Below, in pieces: positions 1 through 6,874 of a stretch of 9,971 bases of DNA. The stretch's first letter is position 1. Every line of letters starts with the position of its first letter. The stretch is from the NCBI GenBank assembly GCA_043228905.1, contig JBHGNT010001308.1:1-9971 (forward strand). The letters are read 5' to 3'. A program made the translations under genes and the position numbers. Source of the stretch: Azolla caroliniana (Eukaryota; Plantae; Polypodiophyta). Below the pieces are notes generated by a model. It was not told where the DNA came from, searched no databases, and saw only the letters and a program-made list of their open reading frames with translations.

Positions 1-1787
1 AAAAATCGAGAACCGACCGAAGAACGAGGGGAATTGGTTGAACAAAGAACCAAATTTGACTCGGCCGAAGAAGTCGAAGAAGAACCGACCGTGCCGAACG
101 GAGGCCAAAGATATCCCCTAAGAGAAAGGAGGCGCCCTTGAAGATTTCCGGATGAAGAGCATGTACCGCTAACCGATGAGGGGGACCCAGAAAGCTTTGA
201 AGAAGCCAAGGAAGATACCCATAGCCAAAAGTGGTTGAGTGCCATGCAAGAGGAGATGGATTCCTTGCACGAGAACCACACATATGAATTGACTGAACTG
301 CGGAGAGGAAAAAGACACTTCAGAATAAATGGGTATACAAGTTGAAATCGGGAGATGGCGAGAATCCACCCAGGTACAAAGCACGAATCGGCATGAAAGG
401 TCTCCAATAGAAGAAGGGTGTCGATTTTGACGAAATATTTACCCCGGTCGTAAAGATGACGTCAATCCGAACCGTGCTGAGCATGGATCTCGAAGTCGAG
501 CAATTGGATGTCAAGACGACGTTTCTGCATGGTGATCTCGAAGAGGAGATCTATATGCACCAGCTGAAAGGATTTGTAGAGAAAGGCAAAGAGAACCTTG
601 TATGCCGATTAAGGAAGAGCTTGTACGGGTTAAAGCAAGCACCTCGGCAAGCGGCCAACGTGGATCTTGAAGTCGAGCAATTGGATGTCAAGACGATGTT
701 TCTGCACGATGATCTCGAAGAGGAGATCTATATGCACCAGCCAGAAGGATTTGTAGAGAAAGGCAAAGACAACCTCGTATGTCGATTAAGGAAGAACTTG
801 TATGGGTTGAAGCAAGCGCCTCGACAATGGTACCAAAAATTCGAATCCTTCATGACCGACAACGGGTACCACAAAACGCAGGCCGATCACTGTGAAGAAA
901 GTCGACGGAGGAGATTTCCTCATCCTCCCGCTATACGTGGACGAGATGTTGATTGTCGGACGGAACCATATGAAGATCCGAGCGTTGAAGAAGGCCTTCA
1001 GTGGGTCGTTCTCGATCAAGGATATGGGTCCGACAAAGCAAATCCTGGGTATGCATATTACTCGGTACTGAACAAAGAAATTGATATGGCTGTCACAGGA
1101 GAAGTACGTGACAAGGTGCTCTAGAGATTCAACATGGAAGGTGCGAAATCGGTCGGCTCAACACTACCAACGAATTGCAAGCTAAGAAAAGATAGTTGTC
1201 CTAAATCGAAAACCAAAAAAACAGATATGTCGAAAGTCCCTATGCCTCAACGGTTGGACGAATGATGTCCGCGATGGTTTGTACCAGGCCAGACATTGGA
1301 TACGTTGTTGAAGTAGTCAGCCAATATATGAGCAATCCAGGGAGAGAGCATTGGGCTGTCATGAAGTGGATACTACTGTACCTGAGAGGCACCGTGAGCG
1401 TATGTCTTTGGTTTGGCTCAAGAAACCCCACATTAGAAGATTACATGGATTCAAACATGTCGGCTAATGCAGATACTAGTCGATCCATGTCCGGATACAT
1501 AATGACTTATGCATGGGTAATTGTCTCATGGCAATCAAGCTTGCAGAAGGCCATGGTGTTGTCAACCACGGAAGCCGAGTACATGGCCGCTGCAGAAGCT
1601 GGTATGTAAATCTTCTAGATGAAGGAGTTTATCGGTGAGTTGGGAATTCGGCAAGAAGAATTCCAACTGGACTACAACAACCAGAGTGCCATCCACCTTG
1701 CGAAAAATGCCTCCTAGCACTCGAGGACAAAGCACATCCAACGAAGGTACCATTGGCTCTGAGAACGAGTAGAAGAAAAGGAGTTTG
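1..1787 (+). pseudogene. pol: copia pol: integrase-RT linker, reverse transcriptase and most of RNase H
   Basis: Frameshifts near 312, 893 and 1110; several in-frame stops (e.g. 139-141, 408-410, 1607-1609). Catalytic YVDD reads YVDE at 934-945. Confidence 0.95.
484..827 (+). repeat. In-frame tandem duplication inside copia RT, period 177 bp
   Basis: 484-650 vs 661-827: 15 differences in 167 nt by manual count. Peptide DLEVEQLDVKT...GLKQAPRQ occurs twice. Confidence 0.97.
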
Positions 1788-2374
1788 TCTTGGGAATTTG
1801 GTCCCTCCGGATGGGATCTGGATGAAAACTAGAGGAGCCTGATCGGATGAGCCAGATGAAGGAATCGGATCCAGAAGGGTTCCAGATAAGACCCGGAAAC
1901 CGGATCGAGTGAATCCGGTACAAACCAGATCCAAGGACATATTTGTAAATATGTTAGAGTAAGCCCATTGAGGCTATATTTGTAAATAGCCCTAAAGCCA
2001 TATGAGTATAAATATAACTTAGGGCAATCACATAGATATGGATGTCAATTGTTATTATTATTGTTGTACACAAAGAGAGAGAGCGAGAGAGTAGCTACGA
2101 GCACTTTTTGTTGTAACCGCCGACTGGTGAAGGTCGCGAGCACGAGGTTGTTGCCTCTGTGTTTCCACTTTGTATTTCCTCTCATACGAGCACGTGGGTT
2201 CCCGTGCTTTTTCCCGATTAGGATTTTCCACGTAAACATCCTATGTTCTCTATCGTTGTTTTTTTTGTGTACGTGCATTCATCATACCTATTTCCCATTT
2301 CTGTGTTTGGTCCTTCATAGAGTGATTTGAGACTCGGTTGTGGCCGAGCAATACTTCCGCACTAGTTTCTCACA
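1788..2374 (+). mobile_element. Solo LTR (587 bp) of a related copia family inserted in RNase H
   Basis: Flanked by GTTTG (1783-1787) and GTTTA (2375-2379). Termini TCTTGGGAA...CTCACA. Removing it restores EKEF(V/I)LVKIHT in frame. TATAAATA at 2007-2014. Shares motifs with the LTR at 2512-3064. Confidence 0.9.
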
Positions 2375-2501
2375 GTTTATTCTAGTGAAGATCCACACGG
2401 CCAAAAATGGATCAGATATGCTAATGAAGGTGTTGTCAGCTGAAAAGCTAAACGTGTGCCAACAGAGAGTCGGTTTGGTGAAGTACCCCATGCCGGAGTG
2501 A
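2375..2501 (+). pseudogene. pol: C-terminus of copia RNase H
   Basis: LVKIHTAKNGSDMLMKVLSAEKLNVCQQRVGL matches the copia ADxLTK terminal motif; TGA at 2499-2501. Confidence 0.92.
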
Positions 2502-2509
2502 AAGGGGAG
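2495..2509 (+). other. Polypurine tract of element A
   Basis: GGAGTGAAAGGGGAG, 2 nt before TGTTGGG. Confidence 0.9.
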
Positions 2510-2511
2510 TT

Positions 2512-3064
2512 TGTTGGGAAACATGTCCCTCCAGATGGGAAGTGAAGTACCGTGTTGGCGAGTATCTCGGCCGAGGCCAAAACCGAAATCGAAATCGTAA
2601 TCAGAAATCGAAATCGAAATCGGTTCGCAAGACTATAATTGTAAATACTCTAAGATGCCCTTGTGGGTTATACTTGTAAATAGCTAGAAAGTTGCTTTTG
2701 TTTATAATCAATTAGGGAAAACTTTAGTAAGTAAGTAGTTGATCAATATTGAAAAAGTTAGAACAAGGTAGTTGCCTTTGTAACAATGAGCGTGAGAGAG
2801 TGAGAGTGTAGCTCTATAGCCGTCTGTCAGACGAAGGAGAACTCGAGGTTGTTGCCTCCCAGTTCCGCACTTGTACTTCTTCTCTAATATAGTGATTTGT
2901 TTTTCTCGGGGTTTGTGGGCCCTTGTGGTTTTCTCCCATTTTGGGTTTTCCACGTAAAACATTGGTGTCTCTGTGTTTGCACGTTTTTCTTGTCTGTGTA
3001 CTAGTTCTTGATTTCTGCACACGAACACGAACGTGTAATCGGTTGTGTCCGGTTGATTCTAACA
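2512..3064 (+). repeat. 3' LTR of element A (553 bp)
   Basis: Starts TGTTGGGAA right after the PPT and ends TTCTAACA (imperfect terminal inverted repeat). Predicted right TSD CTTTA (3065-3069). Confidence 0.85.
2585..2621 (+). repeat. (GAAATC)x6 imperfect hexamer tandem repeat in U3
   Basis: GAAATC GAAATC GTAATC A GAAATC GAAATC GAAATC. Confidence 0.9.
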
Positions 3065-3459
3065 CTTTATGCTTTCTTCCCATGCAATTCTAGGAAGTTG
3101 ATGTGAGAGACTTTTTTAAGCCTTAAGCATGTATTCAATAACCCTTTCTATGGCCATGATCTCAATGGGAAGTGATCCCGTCTCAAGGAGGAGGAAGATG
3201 TATGGTGTTTGTTTTTTAACTTGTAGAAACTTTGTAAGAAAATGTTTTTAGACATTTTCAAACTCTTTCCAAGTAGATTTTGGGATGCTATCACCCCATA
3301 GTTCCAGTCTATAGAGAAGCATTGGTGTCACCAAAGTGTCAAAAATTTATTGCTTGAGGACCCAACACTTAACATCTCCACTATTGCATGTGTTCTCAAA
3401 TGCATAATATGCTTGCTTTCCTGCCTCTAAGCGGCGTGTTGTCATAGACATATGCCACG

Positions 3460-3531
3460 AAAGAAGGTAGGGATTAAATCCAAGACCTCATGGACTCTAT
3501 TGAGCAACCCTACCACTTGAGCTACGTATGC
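3460..3531 (-). other. tRNA-derived (Pol III A/B box) segment inside the LTR; not a functional tRNA
   Basis: Minus strand reads TAGCTCAAGTGGTAGGGT...AGGTC TTGGA TTTAATC CC, with a T8-T54 distance of exactly 46 nt. D-arm pairs; acceptor and anticodon stems do not. Confidence 0.65.
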
Positions 3532-3613
3532 ATCCTTGTATTTAATTCAACTTCATATAGTGTAGATTGAACATTGGAAGTTCCTAGCTTGCATGTATTC
3601 TCATTTTCTAGGC

Positions 3614-3691
3614 TGCATGCATCCTCATGCATTCTCTATTGCATGCATCCTCATGCGTACTCTATTGCATGCATCCTCATGCATACTCTAT
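3614..3691 (+). repeat. 26-bp tandem repeat x3 in U3
   Basis: TGCATGCATCCTCATGC(A/G)T(T/A)CTCTAT starting at 3614, 3640 and 3666. Confidence 0.95.
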
Positions 3692-3723
3692 TTCTAGTTG
3701 GCTTACATAGCTCTACCTTCTTG

Positions 3724-3731
3724 TATAAATA
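3724..3731 (+). promoter_or_regulatory. TATA box of LTR B
   Basis: TATAAATA about 30 nt upstream of TCA at 3754-3756. Confidence 0.75.
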
Positions 3732-3866
3732 CTCATGTGCACCTTGATTCTAATCAAGGTGAACAACACAAGTTACAGGTTCTATAAGTTGAGTTCTTGT
3801 TCTTTTACTCTCTCTTGTTCTCTAGTCTTATCTTTGTTCTACTCTATTATACTTGTCCGTGACAGT

Positions 3867-3878
3867 TTGTTCACCTTG
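3867..3878 (+). other. Self-priming primer binding site
   Basis: TTGTTCACCTTG, 2 nt after the LTR end, is the exact reverse complement of 3755-3766 (CAAGGTGAACAA). There is no TGG tRNA PBS. Confidence 0.8.
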
Positions 3879-3892
3879 CTTTTCTTGCTACC

Positions 3893-4942
3893 ATGTCCGA
3901 CTCCATCGACAACCTAAACCAAATCATGGCAGCCTTGCAACAACTTCAGCTAGAGAGTGAAATCCTTCGGGAATCATTACGAGAGTTGCAATCCGGCACT
4001 TCAAGAATCCGGCACTTCAAGAAATCCACTAGCTGCCGAGTCACAACCACTGTCGAGACCTACCCCGACCACGTCCTCTTCTCATCCATATGTCCTCGAA
4101 CCAACCATCAGCCTACCCGACAAATTCAACGACACGAGGGCGTATCTTTGCGGCTTCATCAACCAAATTCGGCTTATCATCCGATTACAGCCCCAACAGT
4201 ATGCTAATGACTTTTCTCAGGTTGGGCTTGTCAGCACGCTTCTCTCTGGGCTAGCACAAGCGTGGCTTGCACTCTTGATCGAGAGCTCACCCCTCTCTTG
4301 GAGGACTTCACCACTTTCATTGAGGAGCTCGAAGCGACATTTGGCGAGACAGATCCGCGACGAACACTCACAAAGCTTTATTCTGTCCAACAAGGCTCAC
4401 GTCATGCCTCGCTCTATGCCTCAGAGTTTCGCCAAATTGCCTATGATATTAGTTGGGATGACCAAGCCCTATGCGACCATTTCCGTCGCGGTCTCCGAAA
4501 TGATGTCAAGACTCTTCTCTTAAACTTCCCAGAACCCACATCGTTGTCTCAAGTAATCTCCCAAACTGTCCAGTGTGACAATCATCTTTTTGAATTTCGT
4601 CAAGAAGAACGGGGGACTCACAGATCTCAGGCTTCTTCGCGGAATGCAGCAATCACTAGGCCCTACTTGTCGCCCATGCCAATGTTACCATCAGTTAGTG
4701 AAACCCATACCACAATGGAGGTCGATTCCCATACCCCGATGGAGATCGATCATGCTTGGTTCCAACCACTAACTGAAGCCCAACGCCAACATCGTCGGGA
4801 CAATGGACTTTGTCTCTATTGTGGCAACCCTAGCCATGTCATCCACCACTGTCCTGTGCGAGGCCCTCGACACCAATTCCATCGTGCACGTCTTGCGGAG
4901 GTTCCTCGACAACAGGAAAATGACCAAGTCCGACTGCAGTAG
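3893..4942 (+). pseudogene. gag: gag of element B (two frameshifts)
   Basis: N-terminal coiled-coil-like segment, LPDKFNDTR, QQGSRHASLYASEF, PMEID, and CCHC knuckle CLYCGNPSHVIHHC (4811-4852). Frameshifts at the 16-bp duplication 3990-4021 and near 4285. Confidence 0.93.
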
Positions 4943-4992
4943 GAGCCATGCCGTTGGACGCTTCCCGTTACTCACCTTCTCCATGCTCCTAC
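4915..4992 (+). promoter_or_regulatory. Putative -1 ribosomal frameshift signal (slippery heptamer plus pseudoknot)
   Basis: G GAA AAT at 4915-4921, 6-nt spacer, stem GTCCGAC/GTTGGAC (4928-4934/4953-4959). Loop GTAGGAGC (4939-4946) is complementary to GCTCCTAC (4985-4992). Confidence 0.6.
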
Positions 4993-5041
4993 AAGTCCGT
5001 ACCGCCATTAGGAGGGTTTTCTTTGCAAGTAAGTCTTTGTT

Positions 5042-6347
5042 TTGGTTCGACTTTGCGGAGCATCTACTTGCTTTATCGATAAATCGTTTGTATGTGCACA
5101 TAATATCCCCACCGTCCACACATCACAACCCATATCCATTGAAGCGATTGACGGGCGGGTTCTCTCGACGTGGGTGGTTACCGAAGCCACTATCCCGTTG
5201 GTACTTCAAATCGGGGAACACCAGGAGAAACTGACTTTCTACCTCATCGCGACTCCCCGACATTCGATTGTGTTGGGGCTATCTTGGTTGGAGACACACA
5301 ATCCGATGGTGGATTGGTGTAGCCGCTCCATCACTTTTCCAAGAACGCCAATTCCTGCTCAGTTACGACACTCTCTTGATTCTGTTACGGTCAAGTCCAG
5401 TTTGGTCGCTACACTAGCTATTGTGTCGGGAAACGTCACCGTTCCTATCACCAATTTACCCATTGGATATATCAACTTTTCCGACATCTTCGAAAAGCGT
5501 AATGCCGATCGGTTACCAGCTCATCGTCCCTACAATTGCCCAATTGAACTCCAACCTGGCAAGCATCCCCCATTCGGTCCTATCTATGGGTTATCCAAAC
5601 CCGAACTTGAGGCTCTCCGCACATATTTGGCTGAGAATCTTGCGAAGGGCTTCATTCAACCCTCCAAATTACCGGCTGGGGCACCAATCTTAATTGTCAA
5701 AAAAAAGGATGGCTACTTATGCTTATGTTTGGATTATCGGGGTCTCAACAAAGTTACGGTACGTAATCATTACCCCCTACCCTTAATTCCAGCGCTCCTT
5801 GATCGACTCCGAATGGGGCATATCTTTTCCAAAGTCAACCTTCGGGGCGCCTACAATTTAGTGCGCATTAAGCTTGGGGATGAGTGGAAAACAACTTTTC
5901 AGACGCGATATGGACATTTCGAGTACAAAGTGATGCCTTTCGGCCTTACCAATGCTCCGACGGTTTTCCAGCACATGATGAATGATATTTTTCAAGAGTA
6001 TCTCGATCATTTCGTGGTCATCTACCTTGATGACTTCCTAGTTTTTTCTTCCAACATGGAGGAGCACACACACCACGTTCGCCTAGTTCTCACCAAACTC
6101 TGAGAATATGGGCTCTTCGCCAAAAGTGAGAAATGTGAATTTGATTGGACCTCTGTCGAATTACTAGGCTACATGATCTTACCTACCGGGATCACGATGG
6201 ATGAATGCAAGGTCGCGGCAAACACTGATTGGCCTCTTCCGACTCGGCTAAAAGAGGTACAATCGTTTCTTGGTTTTGCAAATTTTTATAGATGGGTTCT
6301 CTTCCCTAGTCCAACCTCTCATCCAACTTATACGGAAAGATACTCCA
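5042..6347 (+). pseudogene. pol: pol of element B: aspartic protease and RT
   Basis: Degenerate D(S/C)GA-STCFID and IVLGLSWL protease motifs; YLDD at 6023-6034; TGA at 6101-6103; small deletion near 6288; ends LIRKDTP. Confidence 0.94.
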
Positions 6348-6844
6348 TGTTACCCGGACAAGTATGGATGCGTCGGAATCGGAAAGATGTTTGGAGTCGG
6401 AGTCGGAGTCAGAGTCAGATCGAAAGTTCGGATCGATGACTCAGCAGATAGCCGAATAGGACATAGTTAGTTACGAAGTTTTGTAATTCTTGATAATTAT
6501 AGGCAATAGGATTTCTTGATGAGAAGAAACCTTCGGGTTACCTATAAAAGGAACTGAAGGCATTGTAAAAGTCTATCGTTGTATTTAGTAATATAAAGTT
6601 TGGTTAGGAAATCTCTGTGTATGGATTGCTTCTTGCCATCTAGTTCTTTCTGTCTAAACTCTATTCCATAAGTCATGATCTCGGTGTCTGTTATCACCGA
6701 TTAGTTTATAGATCATTCGTGTCTATTCGTTTAACCACAACTTCTTGATAGAATGTTCGGTATGAATGTTCTTCTTATACTGTGTCAAAAAAATAGCAAT
6801 TGTCGATCGAACAACACAGTATAATTTTCGCACTCCCGGTTACA
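6348..6844 (+). repeat. 5' LTR of element C (497 bp)
   Basis: TGTTACCCGG...CCCGGTTACA (8/10 inverted match); CCTATAAAAG at 6541-6550; AATATAAA near 6590; (RGAGTC)x4 at 6393-6416. Starts exactly where element B pol homology stops. Confidence 0.8.
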
Positions 6845-6874
6845 TCTGCACATAGCAAAGAACAAGACGAATGG

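Larger units (their letters stand above)
1..3064 (+). mobile_element. Ty1/copia LTR retrotransposon, Tork/Tnt1-like, 3' part (element A), degenerate
   Basis: RT then RNase H order. Tnt1-like motifs: WLSAMQEEMDSL, DFDEIFTPVVKMTSIR, QLDVKTxFLHGDLEEEIYM, SLYGLKQAPRQW, MVCTRPDI, LSTTEAEY, HSRTKHI. Followed by stop, PPT and LTR. The 5' end lies outside the window. Confidence 0.96.
3440..3864 (+). repeat. 5' LTR of element B (425 bp)
   Basis: TGTCATAG...CCGTGACA termini, TATA at 3724-3731, gag ATG at 3893. Left flank CGTGT (3435-3439) is the predicted TSD. Confidence 0.85.
3440..6347 (+). mobile_element. Ty3/gypsy LTR retrotransposon, Tcn1/Tf1-sushi (chromovirus-type) like, 5' part (element B)
   Basis: LTR, PEG10/sushi-like gag, PR, then RT with [55 protein letters not shown]. 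Cut at 6347 by element C; integrase and chromodomain are not visible. Confidence 0.93.

Noticed and set aside
934-945. YVDE as a novel RT active site
   Set aside because: It is most simply a point mutation in a pseudogene that has many stops and frameshifts.
169-3083. Minus-strand ORFs and the LTR-internal ORF 2049-2330
   Set aside because: They are short antisense shadows of pol or low-complexity LTR sequence with no recognisable motifs.
3384-3398. TTGCATGTGTTCTCA resembling 3589-3603, suggesting LTR B starts further upstream
   Set aside because: It is a single 14/15 match, and the TGTCA...TGACA termini define the LTR better.
3460-3531. Functional tRNA gene on the minus strand
   Set aside because: Acceptor and anticodon stems do not pair and the T-loop lacks TTC; kept only as a tRNA-derived remnant.
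3614-3691. CRISPR-like array
   Set aside because: Units are head-to-tail with no spacers, there are no cas genes, and the context is a eukaryotic LTR.
6681-6700. Hairpin TCGGTG-N8-CACCGA in LTR C
   Set aside because: A 6-bp stem is expected by chance and there is no independent support.
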